Positions 27,014 to 37,500 of a stretch of 64,000 nt of DNA are shown here, piece by piece (within the stretch, counting starts at the first letter, position 1; each line of letters begins with the position of its first letter). The translations under genes and the position numbers were made by a program. The DNA is from an uncultured Candidatus Saccharibacteria bacterium (lineage in GTDB: Bacteria; Patescibacteriota; Saccharimonadia; Saccharimonadales; JACDBH01): the NCBI GenBank assembly GCA_964644965.1, contig CAZXYN010000003.1, positions 35,742 to 99,741 of the forward strand. The letters are read 5' to 3'. The notes below the pieces were generated by a model, which saw nothing but the letters and a program-made list of their open reading frames with translations, was not told where the DNA came from and did not search any database.

Positions 27014-27694
27014 ATGGAAAATAACCAACCTGTTTTTTCTGCGCCAACTCCTACCGGGAGTCCACAGCCTTCATCGGTGTTGCCACCGCAGTCGCCAAAT
27101 AGTGACAAACACCGCCGCGAAGGCTTAAAAAGCATTCTCACAACCATCCTCATACTATTGCTGGCACCCATACTTGCGTTATCTATCACGGCTTTTGTGT
27201 TTCAGTCGTACGAAGTCGATGGCCCAAGCATGCAACCAACTCTAGAAACACATGATCGTTTGATTGTCTGGAAAGCTGGAAAAACTTGGGCAAGAATCAC
27301 CAACGAAACTTATATGCCAGATCGTGCTTCTATCATCGTCTTTGTGAAACAGGGTTTGTATGACTTTAATAGCGACCAAGAAAAGCAGCTCATAAAACGT
27401 GTCATTGGGCTCCCCGGTGATCGAGTAGTCGTGAATAACGGCACAATAACTGTCTATAACAGCGATAATCCTGATGGATTTAACCCAGATGAGACATTAG
27501 GTTATGGCGACTCAATCATGGGAGAAACTGTTGGCAACACAGACATCAGTGTTGGTGAAGGTGAGATTTTTGTCGTGGGTGATCACCGCGATAATTCTCT
27601 GGACTCTCGTAGTTTTGGTACTGTGCCGTCAGACAGTATTGTCGGTACGCTTTCTGCCAGAATTTTGCCGCTATCTCAAGCAGAGAAGTTCTAA
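27014..27694 (+). CDS. lepB: Signal peptidase I
   Basis: Box B SYEVDGPSMQPTL (Ser nucleophile), and GDHRDNSLDSR (box E). The start is taken at MENNQP (27014). Confidence 0.92.
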   Translation: MENNQPVFSAPTPTGSPQPSSVLPPQSPNSDKHRREGLKSILTTILILLLAPILALSITAFVFQSYEVDGPSMQPTLETHDRLIVWKAGKTWARITNETYMPDRASIIVFVKQGLYDFNSDQEKQLIKRVIGLPGDRVVVNNGTITVYNSDNPDGFNPDETLGYGDSIMGETVGNTDISVGEGEIFVVGDHRDNSLDSRSFGTVPSDSIVGTLSARILPLSQAEKF

Positions 27695-27697
27695 ATT

Positions 27698-28573
27698 TTA
27701 TTTTTTGATACTGGTGAGTAGTTTTATGAGCTTCTCTAGATCATCATCGGTATCAAACCTTATAACTAGCCTGCCACCCTTTGCCATATGTGTAACTGAT
27801 ACTGAGCGTTTGAGTATCTTGCTTAAATCTTCTGTTTGAGGAGTTGTACTTTCAGTTCTCTTCTTAGCCTTTTCACTGTTTTTCTCGCCGGTTTTTGCTG
27901 CGACAACAAATTGCTCTGCCTTGCGCACTGACCAGTCATTTTTTTGGATCAGTAATAATAGCTGCTCTTGTAATTCCGGGCTATTTTTAAGAGCCAGAAT
28001 CGAGCGAGCATGACCCTCTGTTATTCGCTTCTGTCTAAGTGCCTCTTGAGCGCTTGGCGGCAGCTGCAACAGACGAACCGTGTTATTGACTGTAGATTCA
28101 GCTTTATTAAGACGCTTGGCGATTGTCTCGTAGCTGACATTAAACAAGTCATGAAGTCTGTGGATTGTCTCGGCTTGCTCTAACGGAGACAAATCTACGC
28201 GCTGTATGTTCTCTACCATGGCAATTTCAAGCTGTTCTAGCTCTTTGGCCGTACGAATAACTACAGGCACTTCCTTTAGACCCGCGATCTTACTAGCTCG
28301 CCACCTGCGTTCGCCAGCAATAATCTCGTATGAACCCTTCTTGGGTACCACTAGCAGGGGTTGAAGCACCCCAAATTGTTTTATTGATTCTGCTAGCTCA
28401 TTTAGAGCTTCTTCGTCGAATGTTCGTCTTGGTTGGTCTGGGTTAGGATTAATTTTAGTAATGAACAATTTTTGTACTCGGTCATTACTTCTCTCAGCCA
28501 GTGTTTCGCCCATTCCTCCGGGCATTAGAGCGTCAAATCCCTTGCCTAGTCCCTTTTGTTTCTTGTCAGCCAC
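27698..28573 (-). CDS. parB: Chromosome partitioning protein ParB
   Basis: 291 aa. GERRWRASK box, an HTH region, and the ParB N-domain. Confidence 0.93.
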   Translation of the reverse strand: MADKKQKGLGKGFDALMPGGMGETLAERSNDRVQKLFITKINPNPDQPRRTFDEEALNELAESIKQFGVLQPLLVVPKKGSYEIIAGERRWRASKIAGLKEVPVVIRTAKELEQLEIAMVENIQRVDLSPLEQAETIHRLHDLFNVSYETIAKRLNKAESTVNNTVRLLQLPPSAQEALRQKRITEGHARSILALKNSPELQEQLLLLIQKNDWSVRKAEQFVVAAKTGEKNSEKAKKRTESTTPQTEDLSKILKRSVSVTHMAKGGRLVIRFDTDDDLEKLIKLLTSIKK

Positions 28574-29321
28574 GTTGCATCACCTCCTTAGCTAGACTCT
28601 TGTATGCTCTTGCGCCTTTGGACCATTTGTCATGTTCGGCAATCGGTCGCCCGAAACTTGGTGCTTCAGCTAGTCTTACGTTTCTAGGAATCACTGTTGT
28701 AAATAATTTGTTTCCAAAATGTTTGCTTAGCTCTGACTTCACCTGCTCAGACAAACTGTTACGTGCATCGAACATGGTTAGCAATACTCCCATAATAGTC
28801 AGATTAGAGTTGATCGTATTCTGTACTCTTTCAATAATATTCAACAGCTGACTAAGACCTTCAAGCGCATAGTACTCTGCCTGGACAGGAATGATTACAT
28901 AATCTGCCGCAGCCAGTGCATTTATAGTGAGCAGCCCTAGCGATGGTGGACAATCAACAAGAATATAATCGTGTTCGAACTGATCTAACACTTGTTGTAA
29001 CTGAAGCTCTCTTTGTATTACATTTACCAGCTGTACTTCTGCACCAGCCAGATTTGCGTTGGCAGGAAGTATTTGTAAGTTATTAAAATCTGTACCAACC
29101 ACTACGTTTGGAGCTTCGGCTGGCTGAAACAGTACGTCGTACATTGTTTCGTCTAAACTGTTTTTGTCTATACCGATGCCACTTGTGGCATTGCCTTGAG
29201 GGTCAAGATCTGCAATCAATACTTGTTTACCGGCTTTTGCCAAATAGCTACCAAGGTTAATAGTCGTGGTAGTCTTACCTACCCCGCCTTTTTGGTTCAA
29301 AATAGCAACTGTTACTCCCAA
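28566..29321 (-). CDS. parA: Chromosome partitioning ATPase ParA/Soj
   Basis: 251 aa with the deviant Walker A NQKGGVGKTTT. Confidence 0.95.
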   Translation of the reverse strand: MGVTVAILNQKGGVGKTTTTINLGSYLAKAGKQVLIADLDPQGNATSGIGIDKNSLDETMYDVLFQPAEAPNVVVGTDFNNLQILPANANLAGAEVQLVNVIQRELQLQQVLDQFEHDYILVDCPPSLGLLTINALAAADYVIIPVQAEYYALEGLSQLLNIIERVQNTINSNLTIMGVLLTMFDARNSLSEQVKSELSKHFGNKLFTTVIPRNVRLAEAPSFGRPIAEHDKWSKGARAYKSLAKEVMQRG

Positions 29322-29504
29322 AATTATAACCCCATGAATCTACCCTTAAGACTACCATAAGTCACCCCGAAAGCGTAGTGTGATTACAGGGTAGTGGCGA
29401 AAAGCATTCGGTACTATACGGCTAGTAGAAAAAGGTTATTTACTATCACCATGGTTTAGGTTATCTTTATATAAAGCTAACGTTTACTCGCAGGGAAAAT
29501 ATAC

Positions 29505-30242
29505 ATGGCACCAAATCGCAACGGTTCGGGGTACGATGATGACATTGACGATATCATGGCCTCGATAATGAGTGGTAATTCCTCTTTGGAAACACAGCCA
29601 CCACCCCAGAAGAGACCAAAGCGACATCATATGTCGCCAAAGCGGCCTTCTGCCCGTGATGAATCCTTTGTGTCACCGCTGTCAATGAAAGAGGACACAC
29701 CACAGTCGCAACAGATAGAGAAGCCTGTGCGCAAGCACAATACAAAGAAAATCGGCCTCTATGTAGCGACCCCTGTTACATTGTTAGTACTAGTGTTTGG
29801 CGGTATGGCCTTATGGAATGGTCCGATCGCTGCACTCCTAAAGCCCCCAAGCCCGTTTAATGAGGAAGTCTTGGGTAAAATGACAGAAACACCTCTCTAC
29901 TACCCAACGAAGTTACCCGGAACCTACAAAATTGAGCTGAATAGTATAACCCAGCCAGAATCATCAGTGGTCGTGTACGCCATCACGGATGACAGCGGCA
30001 AAAAAATTAACGTCAGCCTGCAAGCTCAGCCAAAAAATATGACTCTCGAACCACTCTACAAGGCACTCACAAATCTTCGTAATACAGATACTAAGTTTGG
30101 TGTCATCAAGACTGGAACCTCTGAGGATGGCATTGACATCACCAATATTCTGGCAGGCAAAACATGGATTATTATCACATCAGCCAAAGGGGTGCTAAGC
30201 AGTGACGAAATTCAAACCATCGTTAATAGCCTAGAAGTCTAG
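29505..30242 (+). CDS. Hypothetical membrane-anchored protein (disordered cytoplasmic N-terminus, one TM, ~130-aa extracytoplasmic domain)
   Basis: 245 aa with TM IGLYVATPVTLLVLVFGGMALW. It is convergent with the Kelch giant gene, and the two stop codons overlap (30239-30242). Confidence 0.6.
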   Translation: MAPNRNGSGYDDDIDDIMASIMSGNSSLETQPPPQKRPKRHHMSPKRPSARDESFVSPLSMKEDTPQSQQIEKPVRKHNTKKIGLYVATPVTLLVLVFGGMALWNGPIAALLKPPSPFNEEVLGKMTETPLYYPTKLPGTYKIELNSITQPESSVVVYAITDDSGKKINVSLQAQPKNMTLEPLYKALTNLRNTDTKFGVIKTGTSEDGIDITNILAGKTWIIITSAKGVLSSDEIQTIVNSLEV

Positions 30243-33200
30243 GTACAGCTACCACCGCCTCCGCCACTATCGCCGCTCGTATCAAGCCCCTGCTTAACTT
30301 CGTTGCTAAAGTGTGTGCCCTGGCGTAGCCTAAACTCAGGCAACACCTGATTTGTCGTGTAGTTAACGGTAATATCACTGATAGTGCTCCCGTTTTCAGG
30401 GGCACTGGCTCTATATGTATCATCAATCGTCAGCCTAACCCACACGTACTGGGCGGTTTCGTTGATAGTATACCCGCTACCCGAAACAGCATTCGCTACC
30501 ACTGTGCTGGCACTAAATTCATCTGAACAAGCAGCTTTATATTCAAGTGTAAACTGGCCGCCACTACCAGTAAAACTAAGTGTCGATATTTCTCTAACTG
30601 ACCCCAGGTCTACTAGTTTGGAGTAAGTGCTCTTACGGGGTGCGGAGTTTATGGTGGCATAGTTGACTTCAGAAGAGGCTTCATTGGGGTTCCAGCCACC
30701 TACCTGGTACATATAGCCGTTATAGAATAGCATCTCTGCCGCGTCTCGGTTGTTGGGCAAGTTCACGGTCCGATTCCATTCACTGAGGTAACCATTAGGG
30801 GTAAAGGATGCGTACTCCACAATATTATAGTTAGTACAGCAACCACTATAGCCACCCGCAATGTAAAGCCTGCCATCGTATAAGCCTATCGCACTGTCGC
30901 CCCGTCGCACACCAGCATAGCGACTGATTGGCTCCCAAGAACCAATGGTACCGTTGGGGTTGGGGGTAGCTCGGTAAATAATGTTAACAAATGTATCTTC
31001 CCAGTCATCAAATCCGACAAGATAGAAGTACCCATCATGCTGCAGCAGTTCCTGTCCAGAACATGATTCCTGCGGCATAGCGGTGGTCGTGTTCCAGGAA
31101 CCAAGTGTGCCGTTGGAGTTTATCGGTGCATAGTATATTGCGGTAAAACAATCTGGCCACACCCAGCCGCCGGCGGCATATATGTAACCATTATAGACAA
31201 GAGCTGAAGGCTTGTGCCGATGACCGCCAGGTATAGTTGTTGTGGTACTCCACGACCCAATTGTTCCATTAGAATTTATTGGAGCGTATAACACTACTCC
31301 TGCTTGCGCTAAGTTTAGGCCACCTACTACATATACATAATTATTATTAACGGCTACACCACTTTGTGATTGCGGAAATGGCAGGCTTGTGGTTGCACTC
31401 CAGCTACCGAGAGTACCATTGGAGTTTATCGGTGCATAGTTGACATCTGTTCTCATGTCACCAAAATTATTCTCGCCACCTATCTGATACATATAGCCGT
31501 TGTGTACAAATGCAGAAAATTGAACAACAGGAGTTGGTAGCGCTGTAGTAGTGCCGTAGCTGCCTGTCGTACCAGGCCCACCACTGTTGATCCTGGCGTA
31601 CTGGGTAGTATTTTGATAACTTCCCGTGTAGCCCCCTGCAATATACATAAAGCCATTGTATGCAACCGCCCCTAAACGTCTGTTTACGCTCGACAGTGAA
31701 GTTGTGCTCGACCAGCTGCCAAGGGTACCATCGCTATTAACCCGTGCGAATTGTACTGTATTTACACTACCGCCTTCAGTTCCCCCCAGCACATATAGAT
31801 ACCCGTTATATATCGTAGCAGCATGGTCTCTTCGCGCAGCCGTCAGACCAGTAGTACTTGTCCAACCCCCGAGGGTGCCGTTACTATTTACTGTTGCGTA
31901 CTCAACTGTGCTGATATTAGTGGCACCTGCTGTTGCTGTTCCACCAAGTACATATATTTTGCCATCATAAGCTACAGATGCATGTGCTCTCCTAGCACTC
32001 GATAGAGCAGTTGTAGTAGCCCAAGTCCCAAGCGTACCGTCAGTATTAAGCTGCGCATACTCTACCGTCGAGAAATCATTCAACGAAGTATCACTACCGC
32101 CTATAGCATACAGATACCCGTTTGCAACTACGGCTGTATGCCAACGCCTAGCCGTATTAAGGCTATTCATTGCCGACCAGGAACCTAGAGTGCCATTACC
32201 GGTGTTTATAACGGAGCGACTTACTGTCACGATGTCCGAGCTGCCGTTATAGCCACCAATAACATACATCCGGCCGTTGTAGGCAACAGCAGCGTGGCTC
32301 CGAAGCGTCGAAGGCAGATTGGTTGTAGAGTTCCATGTGCCAAGAGTCCCGTCATTATTTATAGCCGCGTATCTGGTCGTATTTACACTATTCGTACCAT
32401 CTGATGACCCGCCCAAGACATACAGATATCCGTTGTAGGCCACTGTCGTATGGTCATATCTACCAGTATTAAAGGTCGTGCCTGCGGTATAACCCGAGGT
32501 GACTCCAGCCGGATGTATAGCCGCATAAACAACTGTAGTGGTTGCTGGGTAGTTAGTGCCTAGTGTATACAGATAGCCGTTGTAGGCTACCGAAGCGTGA
32601 TCCTGGCGTAAGCCACCGGAGAAGTTGACGCTGCTGGCTGTCCAAGCACCAAGCGTACCGTTGGCGTTAATAAGAGCGTATTCGCTGCCCTGACCGCTGC
32701 TAGAACTGCTAACACCACCTATAGCGTACAGGTAGCCGTTATGAACTACGGCGGCATGCTCCGATCGGTAGCTCGACACCATGCTCGGACCGGCTGTCCA
32801 GGAGCTAAGGGTGCCGTCAGAGTTAATCTTGGCATATTCAGTGGTATTGATGTTAGTGCTGCCGTTATTGCCGCCGATGGCGTATATATATCCATTGTAG
32901 ACTACGGCGGCATGATTAACGCGAATCGTACCCAGGCTAGCAGTCGAGGTCCAGCTGCCAAGCGTACCGTCGGCTTTGATAGGTGCAAAGTTAACCGATG
33001 TACTGGCCTGTTCCGGCCAAGGCAAAAACCCGCCAATGGCGTATATATATCCATTGTAGGCGACGGCTTCATGGAAGTTTCTAGTACCCGGCATGCTGGT
33101 AGTAGTCTGCCAGGAGCCGAGGGTACCGTTGGGGTTAATCTTGGCGTATTCGACACTAGACAACTCAGTACTCCAGTATGTCTGAAAGCCGCCAATGGCG

Positions 33201-34525
33201 TATATATATCCATTGTAGGCGACGGCATCAAACTGAGACCGGCCGATAGTCATGCTACTGGTAGCCGTCCAGGAGCCGAGGGTACCGTTACTATTGATTG
33301 GCGCGTATTGGACATCATCGAACGCCGGCGTGTCGTAGTTGCCATTAGTAGATCCGCCAATAATATACATGTAGCCGTTGTAGGCGACGGCTTCAGTATA
33401 AGAGCGAGCAGTGGCGAAACTAGAGGTGGCAGTCCAAGCTCCAAAACTCCCGCCACTAGCATCGGCTCTACGGATGGCGCCACTATCGTAAACAATGTTA
33501 TTGTCTTCACTATTGCCCTCAGTAAAATCTTCTGTGCTTGTCACCACCACACTCGGGTCGATACTAAGTGGGTAGTTTGCCTTTGATAGATTACGCGTAT
33601 GTACAGTCAGCACCCCGTCTTCGTAGCTAAAATACCCTGCCGATTTCTCGCTTTCTACAACCTGCCCTTCTACTGTTTCGTAGATCACGGGCTTAGGAAT
33701 TACAAATGCCAAGTGGGTTTTATCACCATTTTGACGGGCGGCCTCTACCTTCTCTCTATCTGCGTCTGACCCAAAGCTTATCGAGCCAAACAGCGTAGGA
33801 TCAGCCGAATACACCCCAAGCGATCCGTCGTCTAGTATTTTTGCCTGCAGACTGCCGGGTAACTCAAGATCATAGCCAAACTCCATCTCATCATTCACAA
33901 ATTCAGACAAGAGAATGTCCTCTTTCACACCGTTGCTTTTGAGTGTGTAGATGAGATGGGCATCGTCGTAACCCTTGAGCGGAAACACCACATGGCCGCC
34001 TGATTGCTGACCTTTGTGGGCAGAAAATCGTGGGGTTAATGTAAACGAAATTTCGAGCTGGGTGTCGTAGTAGGTCGCCCCTTTCTTAGGATCTCTAGAA
34101 ATAGAAGCGCCGTAAAGCAGCTCGTTGTCTTCCGCACCGCCGCCAACTTTTGCCTGGAGCTGCTCAATTGGATCTCCGCTCATTGAACCGATTGACTCGG
34201 CGTTGAATACATAGGCGTTTTCTTTTGAATCCAGTGTCAGCTTCTTATCGTAGCCCGCCGCCGGATCGCCAACCAGCGACCAGAGCGAATCAGAAAGCTT
34301 ATAGTCCACCCTGTTTTTGACAATCAAATACAGAGGTACCACCAGTGTCGCCAGGAACACTGCGGCTATACCGCCTGCCGCAAACCGCTGGCGGGTGGTG
34401 CGAAGATTGCGTTTAAAAAACCACTTCGCCTTCACCCGCGTGACCCGGAACGTGCGCTTGATTCGTCTTGTGACTTTTGCAGACTTCATATCTGTTTTTC
34501 GTCTCTTCCCTTTAGCTAAAAGCAT
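30239..34525 (-). CDS. Giant membrane-anchored Kelch-repeat protein (18 blades)
   Basis: 1,428 aa. Basic N-terminus plus TM (FAAGGIAAVFLATLVVPLYLIV). There are 18 copies of the x(Y/H)NGYhYxhGG signature, most followed by Y(A)xINS(N/D)GTLGSW; the blades span ~30650-33463. A unique ~290-aa N-domain and a ~130-aa C-terminal domain end in GDSGGGGGSCT. The start could alternatively be MKSAKV at 34489. Confidence 0.85.
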   Translation of the reverse strand: MLLAKGKRRKTDMKSAKVTRRIKRTFRVTRVKAKWFFKRNLRTTRQRFAAGGIAAVFLATLVVPLYLIVKNRVDYKLSDSLWSLVGDPAAGYDKKLTLDSKENAYVFNAESIGSMSGDPIEQLQAKVGGGAEDNELLYGASISRDPKKGATYYDTQLEISFTLTPRFSAHKGQQSGGHVVFPLKGYDDAHLIYTLKSNGVKEDILLSEFVNDEMEFGYDLELPGSLQAKILDDGSLGVYSADPTLFGSISFGSDADREKVEAARQNGDKTHLAFVIPKPVIYETVEGQVVESEKSAGYFSYEDGVLTVHTRNLSKANYPLSIDPSVVVTSTEDFTEGNSEDNNIVYDSGAIRRADASGGSFGAWTATSSFATARSYTEAVAYNGYMYIIGGSTNGNYDTPAFDDVQYAPINSNGTLGSWTATSSMTIGRSQFDAVAYNGYIYAIGGFQTYWSTELSSVEYAKINPNGTLGSWQTTTSMPGTRNFHEAVAYNGYIYAIGGFLPWPEQASTSVNFAPIKADGTLGSWTSTASLGTIRVNHAAVVYNGYIYAIGGNNGSTNINTTEYAKINSDGTLSSWTAGPSMVSSYRSEHAAVVHNGYLYAIGGVSSSSSGQGSEYALINANGTLGAWTASSVNFSGGLRQDHASVAYNGYLYTLGTNYPATTTVVYAAIHPAGVTSGYTAGTTFNTGRYDHTTVAYNGYLYVLGGSSDGTNSVNTTRYAAINNDGTLGTWNSTTNLPSTLRSHAAVAYNGRMYVIGGYNGSSDIVTVSRSVINTGNGTLGSWSAMNSLNTARRWHTAVVANGYLYAIGGSDTSLNDFSTVEYAQLNTDGTLGTWATTTALSSARRAHASVAYDGKIYVLGGTATAGATNISTVEYATVNSNGTLGGWTSTTGLTAARRDHAATIYNGYLYVLGGTEGGSVNTVQFARVNSDGTLGSWSSTTSLSSVNRRLGAVAYNGFMYIAGGYTGSYQNTTQYARINSGGPGTTGSYGTTTALPTPVVQFSAFVHNGYMYQIGGENNFGDMRTDVNYAPINSNGTLGSWSATTSLPFPQSQSGVAVNNNYVYVVGGLNLAQAGVVLYAPINSNGTIGSWSTTTTIPGGHRHKPSALVYNGYIYAAGGWVWPDCFTAIYYAPINSNGTLGSWNTTTAMPQESCSGQELLQHDGYFYLVGFDDWEDTFVNIIYRATPNPNGTIGSWEPISRYAGVRRGDSAIGLYDGRLYIAGGYSGCCTNYNIVEYASFTPNGYLSEWNRTVNLPNNRDAAEMLFYNGYMYQVGGWNPNEASSEVNYATINSAPRKSTYSKLVDLGSVREISTLSFTGSGGQFTLEYKAACSDEFSASTVVANAVSGSGYTINETAQYVWVRLTIDDTYRASAPENGSTISDITVNYTTNQVLPEFRLRQGTHFSNEVKQGLDTSGDSGGGGGSCT

Positions 34526-34566
34526 AACAGAAATAACATCTTTCGGCTATAGAATTTACCCCTGTG

Positions 34567-37500
34567 TTAGAATTTTGCAAAGTACTGGAAGGTTATATCT
34601 CCCGCCCGGGCAAAGTTACCATTAGTCGCCGTCACCTTGACCCGGAAGGTAATGATGTCGCCGGCAGCTATCGTACAGCTTGATTCATTACCTGTTAGCT
34701 GAGTGAACGTCCAGGTAGTATTGGTTGTCGAGCTATTGGTTGTCGAGCCACATTGTGTTCCATCTTCCTCAAATACTGCCAGCTCTACGCTGTCACTGCC
34801 TGTTGTGCGCCAGCCATACATGCCAAGTGTCGTATCTGATACCATGCCGTCAAAGTCGCTCGGTACCTGGTAGCGAATGTAGATATCGTAATCTTGGGCA
34901 GTGCCCTGGCTGGTTGTCCAGCCGTAATAGCTGAATTCTTCTGTTGCGCCACAGATAGTATTGTTTATGTTGCGCTTTGAGCTACCAGAACAGAAGTCGC
35001 TGGTCATAGTACCAAGGTTACTACTGCCATCGGCTGTAATCGTTGCTCCCATGTACTCAGGCGTAAACGTGACGCGCTTGGTTGGTCTACTTGTACCAAA
35101 GAACTCTATTGGTGAGCCGGCAGTTAGTCTAATACCGTTAGTTACGTCACCGACAATCAGCTCAGTATCTACAGTCAAATCACCAGTTACCGTTAGGTCT
35201 CCGTCGACATCTAGTGTGGCCGTGATTGTTATTGTATCTGTAGTTGTATCTACGTTTAGCAGTGTATCGTCACTTGAGTTCTGGATTCGGAATGCTGTTG
35301 TAGTGTCAGATGCATTACCGAACAGTGCTGCGCCAGTAAATGTCTTCGCCCCTGCAAGTGTCTGGGCAGATGTGCTGACCATACCAGGGTTGGTTTCATC
35401 AGCCGGGCCAAAGGTAATGGTGTTGCCAGATATGGTTGCGCCGTTTGTCTGTGAGCTGCCAGAGAAGGTAGCCACGGTAGTGACGCCCGTGCCAGGATCG
35501 CCGCTTCCCCCACCAGCCTTCAGTACAAAGCCGCCCCACATAGACGAACCATGACCATAACTGTTACTGACATTGAATTCCAGGTCTGTAGAGGTAGTGC
35601 CGGTTCGGAAGTATATTTCGGAATCTACACCACAGCAGCTAGTGAACATACTAGACCAGCCCGATGGCACCGCTAAGTCGCTGCCGCCACCATCATGATC
35701 TTCACCTATAGCCAGAATTACCCAGTCAGCTTCATTAGGTGTAGCACCAACGGTTTCACTGCCTGATTTGGTACCACTAAATGTTCCACTGACAAAACCG
35801 TCTACCGGTGTATCCTGGTCTACGCCAGAGAACTCACTGACAGAGATTTGATACTTATAAATGTTAAGTGATCCGGCATCGGCTACGATTTGCATGTTTG
35901 ATGGTGGTGAATCACCAACCACGGCATAGAAACTGCGGTAGGCAAGATCCCAGTCCTGGACAAAGCGCACACCGCCAATCGGCTGCCAGCTCAGGCTGCC
36001 GCCGGCTATGGTTAGGTCGGTTGCTCCGGCTGCGGGCGTACCGCCACCGCTGTTAACAGCCACTAACACTTGTGCGATTAGTACTGTACCTGCTTCTGGC
36101 GTAAAGGTTGAGCCGGCATTGAAGCTACCTGTTCCGTGGCTATCAGAGCTGGCTGCCTCAACCCGGCTTGTGCGGTTGATTTCTCCTGGCCCCTCTATTT
36201 CTGGCGGTGAGTAAATACAATCTTTCCACTCTCCGCCCTCATAGCAGCGGAATTTTCCAAGACTACTATTGTAATACATGGCGCCGTTTGTACCTGTTGG
36301 ATCACCGCTATTAGTTTTGGTATCGAGGACAAGCAGGGTACCGGTGGTGTCAGATTCACCAACTACTAGCCGGTTATTCGTCGTATCTATAGTGAATAGA
36401 CTTATACTTGAGCTGTTCTGAACACGGAAAGCAGTGGTAGAGTTGGTCGTGTTCTGGAACAGAGCACCACCGCCATCAGCTACCGTCATTACACCAGTGC
36501 CATTATCTTGCAGCTGAAGTATGTTGCCGGTAGACGTACCACTGTTGACGATCAGACCAATGGTCGTACCAGACACAGCATCAACATGCAGCCGAGCGCC
36601 GGTGGTTGTAGTGCCGATGCCGACATTGCCGGTGCTACCCTGGATTATCATCTTGGTGCTAAGGTTACGGAGTGTGGCGCCAGTTGCTCCGGCATTGGAG
36701 GTCTGGAATAAGATATCTCCACCAGCGGCAGAGCCAGTACCCCGTCCACCAGCAAGTGTTAGGTTTGCTCCCTGTATATCCGTGCCACTCCCGCCCGTGG
36801 CGTTGAGAGTGAAGTTGGCGGGAGCTGCATTGGTAACACCGTTACCGAAGTAGGCATTGTTAATAGCGGCAGTACTGGAGCCAATGACAAGCTGGTTGTT
36901 ACCCGTTGTTGTGGCGCCATAGCCAAGGGCAACGGAATACAGGTTACTGGCAGAGGCACTCCTTCCAAGTGCAGTGGAGTAGTTCCCTGCTGCGGCGCTT
37001 TGCCCCAGTACGGTTGAGTGAAAGCCCCCCGTTGAGCTTGATCCGATAACAACACTGTTCGAACTGGAAGCACTAGCACTATTGCCAATAAGAATAGTAT
37101 TACTATTGGAGGCTGAGGTGCTGCTACCAATAGCGATTCCGCCAGAGCTTGACACTAGGGCTCCCACACCTAGGGCAATACCAGAGGAACTGGCGCTCGC
37201 ACCAGACCCAATGACAACGGATGAATCCCCGTTCGCATCAGCATTCGTACCAATAGCAGTTGCATTAAAGCCACTTGCGGTTGCGCTGTAGCCAATTGCA
37301 AGCGTATTAGTATTGCTTGCGTTCGCACCGGCCCCGAACTGCTCACTGTTCGTACCGGTACCAGGTACAGAGATGCTGGCACCGTTGCTACCCTGGAGCA
37401 CACCAGCTGTTGTCAGGGTGAAGTAAGTAGTGTTGTTGGTCTCAAGATTCAATGCATAGTTATCATTGGTACCGATAGTAATAGCACCGCCATCAGTATT

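Noticed and set aside
32741-33586. 281-aa + strand ORF (and 32902..33231, 33250..33510, 31656..31970 and others) inside the Kelch gene
   Set aside because: These ORFs are antisense to a much longer ORF with clear repeat signatures. Their products are low-complexity mirror images of the repeat codons, so they are shadow ORFs.
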